Under the pieces are notes generated by a model. It was given only the letters and a program-made list of their open reading frames with translations, was not told where the DNA came from and ran no database searches. A stretch of DNA of 55,909 nucleotides from positions 1-55,909 of IMG/VR virus record IMGVR_UViG_3300042898_004255; one strand, written 5' to 3'. A program made the position numbers and the translations under genes. How positions within the stretch are numbered: position 1 is the stretch's first letter; each line of letters starts with the position of its first letter. Positions 19,244-28,948 of the stretch are shown piece by piece. The stretch comes from a virus. Taxonomy: Duplodnaviria > Caudoviricetes.

Positions 19244-20419
19244 ATGAATTTTAATATTAGTACAGATAGGAAATATATTCAAATAGAGAATATTATTTTA
19301 AATACTGAAACAGGGTTAAAAACAAATATTTTAAATCCAAATATAACAATATTATGTGAAATATTAAAAGACCAAATTCTGTTTTCATACAAAAATAAAT
19401 TATTTGAAAGAACTGATTTGTTTTCTTTAATGAAAAAATTAGTTTATCCATTAATTAAACATGACATTAATCTATTGCAAGAATATGAAATAAAATATAG
19501 TATGAATCTTATTTATGAGGATATAAATACTTTTAATAATCATACATATAAATTAATTAACGAATCTTTTGATTTTATAAAAAAGGGTATATCTACTGTT
19601 GGTGATAAATTAAAACAAGCAGGAAATTTTATATTAAATAAAGGTTTACCTGTTTTTTTTAAAAAATTAGAAGAAATTTTACTTAATCCAATTGCAATTG
19701 GTATAGATGTTGCACTATCAACGTTGGGTATCGGTAAAGTAGCAGGTTCTATTTTGTGGGGATCGTTAGGTATTTGGAAAATTTATGAATTATCAACAGG
19801 TAAAATAGAAAACAGTATATGGTCGTATCTTGATATTGCAGTATGTTTTATAGGTTTGATTTTTACAGGTGCTGCGGTTAATGGTATAAAATCAGTAATA
19901 AAAGGTGCAGGAAGAGACATTGGTGTTTTATTAAAATCACCAGCAATTAAACCTATTATAAAATTACTCGGAAAAGGATTTAGTTTCATTTTAAATGCTT
20001 TAGTAAAACCAATAGAATGGTTGGTTAAAAAAGTTGGTGGACCTAAAATTCAAGAAATTATTAATTTAGCGAAATCAAAATTAAAGAATGTTTTTGATAA
20101 ATTAAACTCATTATTCAATCCTGCTTCCGGACAAAAGGGAATAAAAGGAACCGTATCTCAAGGATTTAAATCAGATATAACAAAACCGGGTCAAGATGCA
20201 CTAAAAAATAAATCAGCACTAAAATCAGCGGCAATTAAAGGGGCTAAATGGGGTGCCGGTACATACGGTGCAATAAAAGGTGTTGAATATGGTGTAAATT
20301 ATTTGAATAAAAATAAAAATAAAAATAATCAAGAAAATAGTCAGGAAAATATTGATGATACGGTATTTAAAAACGCAATATCGTCAGAATTTGAAAATGC
20401 ACTATCTCAAATGGATTAA
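19244..20419 (+). CDS. Membrane-interacting protein with hydrophobic hairpins
   Basis: PIAIGIDVALSTLGIG...YLDIAVCFIGLIFTG; Gly/Ala-rich amphipathic C-terminal part. Confidence 0.6.
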   Translation: MNFNISTDRKYIQIENIILNTETGLKTNILNPNITILCEILKDQILFSYKNKLFERTDLFSLMKKLVYPLIKHDINLLQEYEIKYSMNLIYEDINTFNNHTYKLINESFDFIKKGISTVGDKLKQAGNFILNKGLPVFFKKLEEILLNPIAIGIDVALSTLGIGKVAGSILWGSLGIWKIYELSTGKIENSIWSYLDIAVCFIGLIFTGAAVNGIKSVIKGAGRDIGVLLKSPAIKPIIKLLGKGFSFILNALVKPIEWLVKKVGGPKIQEIINLAKSKLKNVFDKLNSLFNPASGQKGIKGTVSQGFKSDITKPGQDALKNKSALKSAAIKGAKWGAGTYGAIKGVEYGVNYLNKNKNKNNQENSQENIDDTVFKNAISSEFENALSQMD

Positions 20420-20448
20420 TTATAAAATTAAAATAAAATAAAAATAAA

Positions 20449-22587
20449 ATGGAAAACTTAGATAGTCAATTAATAAGAAAATACATTACATTGGTAGAAA
20501 ATGTAGAAAAAAGTATTGAAAATGGTGTTATCAACACTAAAAAACCTTTAGATGAACAAATGAGTTTATTTAACGATGCTTTAAAATCTTTAGCAAATAC
20601 AGTAAAAGCGGAACCTGCTCTTTTTCAACAATTAAAAAATGAAACCAATATAATAAGTAAATATAAAATAAATAATATTGATGATTTAATTAAATTACTT
20701 AATGACGGTAAAGTAGCTAACTCTGAAGCAGGAACAATAGTTAAAAATATTTTAAAAAATCCCGGATCAAAAGAATTGGCGATTAAAATTAAAGGTTTAA
20801 TAAGTGCAGAACCTGGATTTATAGAGATAGCTAAAAAAGTTTATCCAAAAGGAACACAAATGCCATTCAACCAAAAAAATATGGACATTGCTAAAAATAC
20901 ATTGAAACAACTTGGTATTGAAGAAAAAGTTGCTGAGGATATGTTAAAAACTGCATATCAAAAATCTTTAAATGTAAGTGGTAAAAATATAACTAAAATA
21001 GGAAAAGACCCTGTTAAAGTAGGGAAAGATGCGGGTAAAGTAGGGAAAGATGCGGGTAAAGTAGGAAAAGAAGGTACCGCAATTGCAGATGATGTCGCTC
21101 GTGAAATTGAAACCGGTATTAAAACAACTAACGAAACAAAAAATATATTTATTTTTATTAAAGACTACATAAAAGAAATAAAAGTAACCATAATTAATAA
21201 CATCCGCACTTTCATAATTCCAAATAAATTACTTGCTTGGTTACTAGTTGGTGGTGGTTTGATTGTTTTATACAATTTATTAAAAGGTAGTGGTGGTGAA
21301 ATAGTAATAAAAGATGAGAATGATAAAATAATTGACCCAAACAAATTAGAAGGTTGGGCTCAATGTATGAAAAATTTAATTAAAAATAATCAAGGGGAAC
21401 TAACAAAAAGTAGTAAGGGTAATCCAGTTGTGAAAGTTACAAAAACAGGTAATTCTGAATATGATGCTTTGGGTGGTTTGTTATTTTTCACAGATTATAC
21501 GGTTTTAAGTATGGATGGTAGATCTAAAAAAGGGAAATGGAAATGTAAATCAGGACAAGTACAAACAATTGATGAAAAATATTTAAATGAACAGGCAACA
21601 AATAATATAACTAACGATGTTAGTGTTATGATAGATCTTTTAGATTTTCCGGTTACAAAAAATGATTTAGTTCAAGCAAATAATTTATTACAAAAATATG
21701 TTACTAATGGTCAAGGTAAAGAATTTTTAAATTTATATAACGATTCTGGTTTAGCAAACGCATCCTTAGAAACATCTCTTAATTATATTGCAACATTTGA
21801 CCCTGCTTCAGTTCAGGCGAAAAACCAAATGTACGATAAAATTAAACAAATAAAAACCGGTAAAGGTGGTCAAGGAAAACCAACTAATACTGGTGACCCA
21901 TTAAGTGGTATTGAGATAACTTGGGATGATGGTAAACCAACACCAACACAAAAACCAATACCAGAGAATAATTACAGGGATTGTAATAATTTCCCATTAT
22001 TTTTTGGATGTAAAGGTAAATTAGTATCAGACTTACAAACTTGTTTAAAAATGACAAGTACTGATGGTAAATTTGGTCCCGCAACTAAAGCAGCTGCAGA
22101 ATCTTGGGCTAAGTCGAATAATATAACTCTAAAAGCACCTATAAATGCACCGGGTGGTGGTGTTTATGAAACATTTGGTGTAACAGAAGAAAACTTTAAG
22201 AAAATTTGTGGTGGTACTGAACCAATAAAACCAACACCAACACCTAATGTACAAGACCCATTAACACCAACACCAACACCTAATGTACAAGACCCATTAA
22301 CACCAACACCAACACCTAATGTACAAGAACCAACACCAACTGATAATGACGCTATCTCAATACAAAAATTACTTGAAAGATTAAAAAGGAATAATCAATT
22401 AGTTGACACTAGTAGAAATAGAACAGTATATAGGGGACCAGACTTAACACCTGAAGAACAATCATTATTAATTAAACACATGAAAGGTTCTGGATTTGAA
22501 CCTAAAAATCCAAATAAAGCAGTAAGAGAATGGAGGCGTGGAGATAAAATTGTTTTCAAAAGAACAGGGTCATATGGTGAAGAATAA
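20449..22587 (+). CDS. Large protein with TM helix and PG-binding-like domain
   Basis: LLAWLLVGGGLIVLY TM; FGCKGKLVSDLQTCL...DGKFGPATKAA PG_binding_1-like; Pro/Thr repeats. Confidence 0.65.
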   Translation: MENLDSQLIRKYITLVENVEKSIENGVINTKKPLDEQMSLFNDALKSLANTVKAEPALFQQLKNETNIISKYKINNIDDLIKLLNDGKVANSEAGTIVKNILKNPGSKELAIKIKGLISAEPGFIEIAKKVYPKGTQMPFNQKNMDIAKNTLKQLGIEEKVAEDMLKTAYQKSLNVSGKNITKIGKDPVKVGKDAGKVGKDAGKVGKEGTAIADDVAREIETGIKTTNETKNIFIFIKDYIKEIKVTIINNIRTFIIPNKLLAWLLVGGGLIVLYNLLKGSGGEIVIKDENDKIIDPNKLEGWAQCMKNLIKNNQGELTKSSKGNPVVKVTKTGNSEYDALGGLLFFTDYTVLSMDGRSKKGKWKCKSGQVQTIDEKYLNEQATNNITNDVSVMIDLLDFPVTKNDLVQANNLLQKYVTNGQGKEFLNLYNDSGLANASLETSLNYIATFDPASVQAKNQMYDKIKQIKTGKGGQGKPTNTGDPLSGIEITWDDGKPTPTQKPIPENNYRDCNNFPLFFGCKGKLVSDLQTCLKMTSTDGKFGPATKAAAESWAKSNNITLKAPINAPGGGVYETFGVTEENFKKICGGTEPIKPTPTPNVQDPLTPTPTPNVQDPLTPTPTPNVQEPTPTDNDAISIQKLLERLKRNNQLVDTSRNRTVYRGPDLTPEEQSLLIKHMKGSGFEPKNPNKAVREWRRGDKIVFKRTGSYGEE
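21015..21070 (+). repeat. 21-bp coding repeat (KVGKDAG)
   Basis: taaagtagggaaagatgcggg tandem. Confidence 0.85.
22231..22340 (+). repeat. 36-bp coding repeat (PTPTPNVQDPLT, about 3 copies)
   Basis: ccaacaccaacacctaatgtacaagacccattaaca tandem. Confidence 0.9.
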
Positions 22588-22605
22588 ATTTAAATAAGAT
22601 TAAAA

Positions 22606-23193
22606 ATGGAATTAAAACAAAAAATAAAAACAATAATTCTTGACGAAAGAAAAGAAAATTTGAAGAATTCTTTAAATGAATTAAAAAATATACGTGACAA
22701 ATCTTTTAGATCTGAACGTTCATTTCAAATATTGATTAATTTATTAAATGAAGGATATGATGTTAATGAAATTGACGTTACTTCACAATTGAAAAATATT
22801 GATTTTAAATCTATGATTACTGATGCTACATTATCTGGTGTTAAAGAATATATAATAAGATATGTATTAAATCAAATCTTTGGTATGAATTCCAGTATAT
22901 CAACAACGGCTGCACAATTTTTATCAGATTATCATGTTAGACATCTTTTAAAACCTTTTAAAAATTTAGAATCATGTACATCAAGAGATGGTATGCCAAA
23001 AATAATAGATGGTATTTTAGAAGTTTTAGCTAGATATTTAGTAACAAAAGTAACCAATAGTGATAGGGATGATTATGGATTAAATTTAAAATCTATATCA
23101 TTAACATTTGGTGGAAACATGTTAGGTGAAGCAATAAGAGATTCAGATTTGTCCGAAATATTATCTGAAAAATTTTGTAAAATAATACATTAA
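22606..23193 (+). CDS. Hypothetical protein
   Basis: 195-aa ORF in operon. Confidence 0.6.
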   Translation: MELKQKIKTIILDERKENLKNSLNELKNIRDKSFRSERSFQILINLLNEGYDVNEIDVTSQLKNIDFKSMITDATLSGVKEYIIRYVLNQIFGMNSSISTTAAQFLSDYHVRHLLKPFKNLESCTSRDGMPKIIDGILEVLARYLVTKVTNSDRDDYGLNLKSISLTFGGNMLGEAIRDSDLSEILSEKFCKIIH

Positions 23194-23194
23194 T

Positions 23195-24097
23195 ATGAAA
23201 ACAAAACAACAAATATTAGAAGAAAAAAGACTAATTAATGAAAGTATATTTAGTCTTGAAAATATTTTAATGGTTGCCGGATTTGTTCCTGTTATAGGTG
23301 AAATCGCTGATGTTGCGTTAATTTTATATTATTTGAAAAAAGGACAATATCTTTATGCCGCACTTATGTTAGTTGCTCTTATACCTACTTTTGGAGATAT
23401 TTTAGTTAAACCTTTTATCAAATCACTACAAGGAGTAAGTAAATTAGCATTAAAAAATGGTGATGAATTAATTAATGTATTAAGTAAAAACCCAAAATTA
23501 ACAGAAAAATTTAAAGATATTGTTTCTAAATCAAAAGATGTAAATGTTACAAAAACAATAGATAGTGTTTCAAAAATAAATAAAGGTTGGGGACAAAAAC
23601 TTAAAGATGGTATCAATTCATTAACTAGTATATTCACGAAAGTAAAACCAATAGCTGCATTAAAAAAAGGTGTCGATACTGCAGTTGCAGGTGGAAAATT
23701 TAGTGCGGGTCTCAAAGGATATTATCAAGGAGAAAGATTATCTAAATTTTTAACAAAAAGAGGTGTAGAACCAAGTGGATTCATACAAAAATGGTGGATT
23801 AAATTTGGTGCTAGACAAGATAGAAAAAGTTCTTTTAAGAATTTTATTATAGCGAATAATTTATTACAAACATTTGGGTTACCTAGTCTATCAGCACTTG
23901 AAAATAAAATAGAAAATGATAAGGAATTTAGAGAAAAAATGGCGGACAATGAACAAATAAGTAATTTTATTGCACAAAATTCAGATGAAACATATTTAAA
24001 ACCTGAAGAGGAAAAAAAATCAACAACATCTCCTGATTTTTTAAGTGGTCTTTTAAACGTATCTGTTTTAAAAAAGTTAGCGGGATTATACGCATAA
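23195..24097 (+). CDS. Protein with pre-toxin (PT-TG-like) hydrophobic hairpin
   Basis: AGFVPVIGEIADVALILYY...GQYLYAALMLVALIPTFGD. Confidence 0.55.
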   Translation: MKTKQQILEEKRLINESIFSLENILMVAGFVPVIGEIADVALILYYLKKGQYLYAALMLVALIPTFGDILVKPFIKSLQGVSKLALKNGDELINVLSKNPKLTEKFKDIVSKSKDVNVTKTIDSVSKINKGWGQKLKDGINSLTSIFTKVKPIAALKKGVDTAVAGGKFSAGLKGYYQGERLSKFLTKRGVEPSGFIQKWWIKFGARQDRKSSFKNFIIANNLLQTFGLPSLSALENKIENDKEFREKMADNEQISNFIAQNSDETYLKPEEEKKSTTSPDFLSGLLNVSVLKKLAGLYA

Positions 24098-24119
24098 ACT
24101 AAATTTACAGATATTTATT

Positions 24120-24222
24120 AAAGAGTCGTGTGGTTTGGTCACCTATGACAATAAATTAACTAAAAACGAAAGGAGGTATCTAAATCTCAACAAAGGAGTC
24201 TATTTGACTCCTTTGTTTGTTT
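24120..24222 (+). ncRNA. Structured intergenic RNA element 2 carrying GAAAGGAGGT; ends in intrinsic terminator
   Basis: TATTTAT at 24112; gtcgt...atgac hairpin; GAAAGGAGGT at 24168-24177 with no downstream ATG; caaaggagtc/gactcctttg terminator. Confidence 0.5.
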
Positions 24223-24316
24223 ATATACTTTACTTTTTTATTATAAATGTATATATTTATTTATAATAAAATAACAATAAAAAATATTAATTTAATAAAA
24301 ATTTAATTTGTAGAAA

Positions 24317-24347
24317 CAAAAAAACCCACAATTAAGTGGGTTTTTTT
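24317..24347 (-). terminator. Intrinsic terminator of tmRNA
   Basis: A-run, cccac/gtggg stem, T-run directly after the tmRNA 3' end. Confidence 0.85.
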
Positions 24348-24355
24348 GTTTTAAG

Positions 24356-24773
24356 TGGAGATGGCGGGAATTGAACCCGCGTCTTGTTTGTCATAGTATA
24401 AATAGACTACACGTTTATTCAATTAATTCATAACTGACAAATAGTTGGTTCCTATTTTGACATTGTTACCAATAACTGTGTCGAATTCACTTTCACCATT
24501 TTCATGGGTTTATAGGTAGAGTTCTGAACTAGACCTTTGACACTTTTGTGGTTGTATCACACCGTAGGGACTTCTGTTCCAAGGTATATGTCCACCGACC
24601 CGTTGTAGTTTTGCTTAAGCTACTTCTACGTTAGAAGTTGATAGTAATCCAACAACTTCCATGTTTTTGTAAACGTCTCCGTTTGATTGTTTCCACCATT
24701 TATTAAAGTCGTAGATGAAATCCGACTACGTGCCTACTTACAATATTAACACCAATCGATGCCTGACACCCCC
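24356..24773 (-). ncRNA. ssrA: tmRNA
   Basis: 5' GGGGGUG pairs with 3' CAUCUCC-A including G3.U; T-arm GCGGG-UUCAAUU-CCCGC; pk1-like pseudoknot followed by tag ORF GDVYKNMEVVGLLSTSNVEVA* (24680-24615); CCA not encoded. Confidence 0.93.
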
Positions 24774-24791
24774 AAACAAACCAAAAATAAT

Positions 24792-25025
24792 CTATTTTTG
24801 ATCAGGACCTTTAACACCAGTATCATTTGATGTAGAACCTCTTTTTGCGGTAATAGTGATAGTATCAAGGGTAATTGTTGGAATATCCTCAGATACTTTC
24901 TTTTTTGATTTAGGTTGTTTTGAAACTAGTTCTTTTTCAACTACATTAGTTTTTACCACAGTAATTTCTTCATTCTTTTTTTCGATACCTAAGAAATGTT
25001 TAACATTTACAAAAAAATTTTTCAT
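24792..25025 (-). CDS. Small hypothetical protein
   Basis: Likely start MKNFF at 25025, downstream of TATTTATA (25048-25041). Confidence 0.5.
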   Translation of the reverse strand: MKNFFVNVKHFLGIEKKNEEITVVKTNVVEKELVSKQPKSKKKVSEDIPTITLDTITITAKRGSTSNDTGVKGPDQK

Positions 25026-25060
25026 AATTAAAGTTTTATATATAAATATAAAGATTATTA

Positions 25061-25741
25061 TCAAACAACTAAAGGAAAATGTTCCTTATATTTATTTTCA
25101 AATATTTCTTTAGTTGAAACCCATTCACTACTAATTTGACCAATTGACTTGTGTGTCACTTTAATTTTAGTTGTAACACCTATCTTAACACCATCTAAAT
25201 GATTTTCAATACAGATAGGTAAATCATAAAAATGGAAACCACTAAACTGTTCATTAAATTTATGTTTAATTCTACCTCTATGAACCATCATAAACAAACC
25301 ATCAACAACAACAACCTCTTTCAGTTTTTCAGAATAAGATTCTTTAGAGTAATAGTTAACGTGTCGTTTACCTTGATGTTCGTGTCCAACAATACCATAC
25401 ATAGATGTTCTGTCTTGCCACCATGTACCACTTAATAAATTATCTGTTCCAGCTAAACCAATAACCCCATATTCTGTATTGGTTTCAAATAATCTAATTA
25501 TTTTGGGTGTAATATTCTTTGTCTCCAAAATAAGATCATCGTGCATAAAAACAATAATATCATTTGTAGAGTCATTAAGTCCTTCGTTATAGATTTCTGG
25601 TAATGATGAAACTCCATCATTTTCGTAGACCAATATTTGTGTTTTAGGATGTGAAAACATTTTTTCCACATGTTTCAAATAATTGTCGTCAATTTTACGT
25701 GTTGATATGACTACACTAACTATTTCTTCACGATTCGACAT
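25061..25741 (-). CDS. Glycosyltransferase family 2-like
   Basis: YNEGL...IIVFMHDD, VVVVDGLF, FHFYD. Confidence 0.85.
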   Translation of the reverse strand: MSNREEIVSVVISTRKIDDNYLKHVEKMFSHPKTQILVYENDGVSSLPEIYNEGLNDSTNDIIVFMHDDLILETKNITPKIIRLFETNTEYGVIGLAGTDNLLSGTWWQDRTSMYGIVGHEHQGKRHVNYYSKESYSEKLKEVVVVDGLFMMVHRGRIKHKFNEQFSGFHFYDLPICIENHLDGVKIGVTTKIKVTHKSIGQISSEWVSTKEIFENKYKEHFPLVV

Positions 25742-26465
25742 TGGTGACTATTATTTTTTTATTTTCTTCAAAAACATCAAACACTAATGGTCGGTTTGAT
25801 GGACGATATTTTTCAGTACAAATTGACGCATTTGCGAAAATTGTATCGTACTCTTTAGTGACCCCGTATGATAAATGGATATGTCCAAAAACGTGTAATA
25901 AAGGTTTTATTTCATTAATCCTAAGTCTTAGTAATTCACACCCAACTTTTAAATTTTTAGGTGCTAAATCCAAAATACCATGTGCGGGACCGTGTGTAAC
26001 TAATATATTTGTATCATCGGGAATTAAATTCCATTTTTCTTTTAATTCACTTCCTAGTCTTGGAAGATTAAACGCCCAATTAAAAAATTCAGGTTGCCAT
26101 GGACTTCCCCATATTTTTAATGGTCTTGAAAACCCTAAATCTAATGTTACACTACTATCTTGAAGGTAGTGAACATTAGATTCTAATAAGTTTTCTTTAT
26201 TTAATAAATTTTTATACCAATCAATAATATCCTTATCTCGTGAATGTGAGAAGGTTTGGAATCCAAAATCATGATTACCCGCAATAAAAATTTTATTACT
26301 AAAACCTTTCAAAGATTTATACCAATTAATAAATTCTTCAATTTCTCTTGGTATACCTTTATTTGTACAATCACCAGAATGTATTAAAATATCACCTTCA
26401 GGTATGTTATGTAACATTTGGTCATGTAAACTATGTGTATCAGATACACAAACAATTCTAATCAT
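25728..26465 (-). CDS. Metallophosphoesterase (MPPED/239FB-like)
   Basis: SDTH, GD, IAGNHD, THGP, FGHIH motifs. Confidence 0.92.
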   Translation of the reverse strand: MIRIVCVSDTHSLHDQMLHNIPEGDILIHSGDCTNKGIPREIEEFINWYKSLKGFSNKIFIAGNHDFGFQTFSHSRDKDIIDWYKNLLNKENLLESNVHYLQDSSVTLDLGFSRPLKIWGSPWQPEFFNWAFNLPRLGSELKEKWNLIPDDTNILVTHGPAHGILDLAPKNLKVGCELLRLRINEIKPLLHVFGHIHLSYGVTKEYDTIFANASICTEKYRPSNRPLVFDVFEENKKIIVTNVES

Positions 26466-26515
26466 TGTATTATTTTTTACCCGTTATCTCCACCACTTAC
26501 TTTTAATAAAGTAAG

Positions 26516-27325
26516 AAAAAAAAATACCTGAGAATACAGTATTTAACGAAACTCTTTAGATGGATTATTGTTTCCCAATCATTTCCACTACCTTTTGAGT
26601 AGTAAGTTTCAGTTACAGTTAATTAGATTAACTAATCCTTAAGTCGTATTCTACTCTCTTGATAATCATTACTCTTCGAGATTGCGACCCCGATTAATCC
26701 TTGCGGGAGGAGAGAACTTTTTCAAAAATCACATCAGGATTGGGTCCCTTTGTGGCCAAGAACATCTCTTGACTATGTAGTAACCTATCAAACACGACTG
26801 ATGAGCACTTTTCCTTGTTTTATTTGTACTGTTAAAAGTCATAGATAACAATTTGGTTGTGGATATTGAAAGTAGCGGCTCATCAACCAGCCATGTCATC
26901 TTTTGAACGACACGATACTAAACTACTCTCTGAAGTCTCCCGACTTCCATACTTTTGGTTTTCTTCATAATTAAACTTTTGGTAAGTTTAACTAAGGATA
27001 ACGGCAGCACCACCTGTATTCGTTATCTTACCTTTCGGTTTTAAGACCACCATAATATTGAATCACGCAATTATATAATTGGAATTTATATTTCTTGCAT
27101 AGATCCTACGAGTTATTCTTATTGGTGTTCCCACCTCAACGAAACAACCACATTGCCTCGTTATTCGACCACTTTTCCTACAGTGTCACCCTCGGTACTA
27201 AAGGTCAAATAATATCTCGTTTGTCTACTCGAGTTCCCTTGCGGAAACCGCAACCCACTTAACCAAGTGAATCACTTTATACCACTTTCATGGTTTATTT
27301 TATGGACTATAGACCGCCCATATCT
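26516..27325 (-). ncRNA. Large (~800 nt) structured ncRNA, GOLLD-like
   Basis: No ORF over 60 aa; GC enriched; many GNRA-capped stems on the minus strand (cca-u-gaaa-gugg, cc-gcaa-gg twice, cc-gaaa-gg), long-range gatgagc/gctcatc pairing, recurrent AGUA/GAA; own promoter and boxA-like leader. Family assignment is by size and context only. Confidence 0.7.
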
Positions 27326-27329
27326 TAAA

Positions 27330-27388
27330 TTCAAAGAACTTTTTTTAAATCTTAAACAAAGATAAGAATAAAAAATGATATTGTCAAA
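27330..27388 (-). promoter_or_regulatory. Bacteroidota-type promoter plus boxA-like element for the large RNA
   Basis: TTTG (27388-27385), 20 nt, TATCTTTG (27364-27357); GTTCTTTGAA at 27339-27330. Confidence 0.7.
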
Positions 27389-27405
27389 TATTTTTTAAAA
27401 AAAAA

Positions 27406-28005
27406 TCAATATATTTTAAAATTCATTTTTTCTATTACAGTATTAGCTATTTTTTTATGACCAGATTGATTCATATGACAAACCCAATCATAACAATCGT
27501 TCGTATTAACTGTGGTAATACTTATAACTTTAGCCCCAACAATACTATCAGTTAATAACTGTTGGTATTTACTATAATTTTTAAAAAATAATTTACCATC
27601 CTTTAATGGTTTTATACAATTTGGACTCACACCAGTTATAATAACACATTGTACGTTATTTTGTTTACATATATTAACTATTTTTTGAACATCTTTAAAT
27701 ATTAAATATGGGTCTCTCTTACCATATAAATCATTTACACCACCATATACAAAACAATACTTAAAGTAAGGTGTGATTGTTTTATTTGCAACATTAACCA
27801 TATATGGTAAATGTTTTCCAACAATTGATGTGTTGTGTAATTTTAATTTAGTTTTATTCTTAAGAATTACTTGCCATCCCCATGAATGATTTGATGTATG
27901 GGAATCACCAATAAATAATACGGGTACATTAATTAAATCTACGGTAGTATCTTTAATGATAAAAGGAGATAAAATTAAAAAAAATATTAATACAAATTCT
28001 TTCAT
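27406..28005 (-). CDS. SGNH/GDSL hydrolase, probably exported
   Basis: FIGDSHT, GGVND, DWVCH; hydrophobic N-terminus. Confidence 0.85.
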   Translation of the reverse strand: MKEFVLIFFLILSPFIIKDTTVDLINVPVLFIGDSHTSNHSWGWQVILKNKTKLKLHNTSIVGKHLPYMVNVANKTITPYFKYCFVYGGVNDLYGKRDPYLIFKDVQKIVNICKQNNVQCVIITGVSPNCIKPLKDGKLFFKNYSKYQQLLTDSIVGAKVISITTVNTNDCYDWVCHMNQSGHKKIANTVIEKMNFKIY

Positions 28006-28097
28006 TATTTACTGTTTTAAATAGTGTAATTTTTATATATAAATATATTGTTTTGATATTTAATTTGATATTTATGGTTAACCAAACATATAAAACA

Positions 28098-28361
28098 ATG
28101 AAGAAATTTTTTAGTCAATTATTTAATGATAATAACACAATAAACGAAAAATCTGTTGTTGGTTTCATTTCTTTTATTATGATGGTAGCAACAATGATTT
28201 TAGATTTAGCTACAGGTTGGATGGGTAAGGAACTTTTAATTAATGAATTTATCTTCAATGGTTTTTTATTAATTACTTTAGGTTCGTTCGGTATTTCGTC
28301 TTTTGATAAATGGGTGAATAAAAAAAATATCAAAGAAGAAGAATCGATTCCTGAAGAATAA
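28098..28361 (+). CDS. Two-TM holin-like membrane protein
   Basis: ATG at 28098; two hydrophobic helices and a charged tail. Confidence 0.55.
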   Translation: MKKFFSQLFNDNNTINEKSVVGFISFIMMVATMILDLATGWMGKELLINEFIFNGFLLITLGSFGISSFDKWVNKKNIKEEESIPEE

Positions 28362-28413
28362 AATATTTTTTTAGTATTTATATATAAATAAATTTTTTAA
28401 AAACTTTAAAATT

Positions 28414-28581
28414 ATGAAAAACTGGAAAACTACAGTTGCAGGATTAGCATTAGCAGCAATCTCTTTTGCAACTTACATGGATTGGATTAATGCCAGTCAA
28501 GCAGGAATGATTACGACTATTTTAACCGCGGTAGGATTTTCACTAGCCAAAGATAGTGGTGTTTCTGGAAAAGAATGGTAA
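28414..28581 (+). CDS. 55-aa two-TM holin-like protein
   Basis: MKNWKTTVAGLALAAISFATYMDWINASQAGMITTILTAVGFSLAKDSGVSGKEW; NWKTT..G and AKD pattern; not in the ORF track. Confidence 0.65.
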   Translation: MKNWKTTVAGLALAAISFATYMDWINASQAGMITTILTAVGFSLAKDSGVSGKEW

Positions 28582-28599
28582 GATTACCTTAATTAATTT

Positions 28600-28635
28600 A
28601 AAAAGGGAGAAGATATTATCTTCCCCCTTTTTTTT
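28600..28635. terminator. Bidirectional intrinsic terminator
   Basis: ggga-gaagat/atcttc-ccc hairpin flanked by A- and T-runs. Confidence 0.75.
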
Positions 28636-28948
28636 ATTCAATAATTTCACATAATTTTTGAACATAATTACATGTCTCATAATCTTCTAAACTTTCAAAA
28701 TAAAATAAAACATCTTTCCTAAGTAGATGGATATCTTTTCTTGAAAATTTTAATTCAATTTCACCACTTATATTTTCAATATCAGCGGATAACTTCAATA
28801 CAAGTTGGTCTTTTGTTTTGTTTTTAAAATTTTCGAATAATTTTACGATATTATTATAAATGACTGTTTTATTTTCGTCATAAAAATCGGTATAAGTGTC
28901 ATATTTACCTGTTATCGATAAAACCATAGTCTCTACATTATCACTCAT
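28634..28948 (-). CDS. Hypothetical protein
   Basis: Likely start MSDNVE (28948), downstream of TTTG-N20-TATATTTG (29000-28969). Confidence 0.55.
   Translation of the reverse strand: MSDNVETMVLSITGKYDTYTDFYDENKTVIYNNIVKLFENFKNKTKDQLVLKLSADIENISGEIELKFSRKDIHLLRKDVLFYFESLEDYETCNYVQKLCEIIE

Noticed and set aside
24230-24316. Replication origin in the extremely AT-rich gap
   Set aside because: No iterons or other support; similar AT richness occurs in other intergenic gaps.
26797-26890. Hammerhead ribozyme (CTGATGA at ~26798)
   Set aside because: gatgagc pairs with downstream gctcatc as part of the large RNA; no correctly placed stem II/GAAA core.
26516-27325. Group I/II intron, RNase P or rRNA fragment
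   Set aside because: No interrupted gene flanks it, it has its own promoter, and I could not find the intron or RNase P signature sequences by eye.
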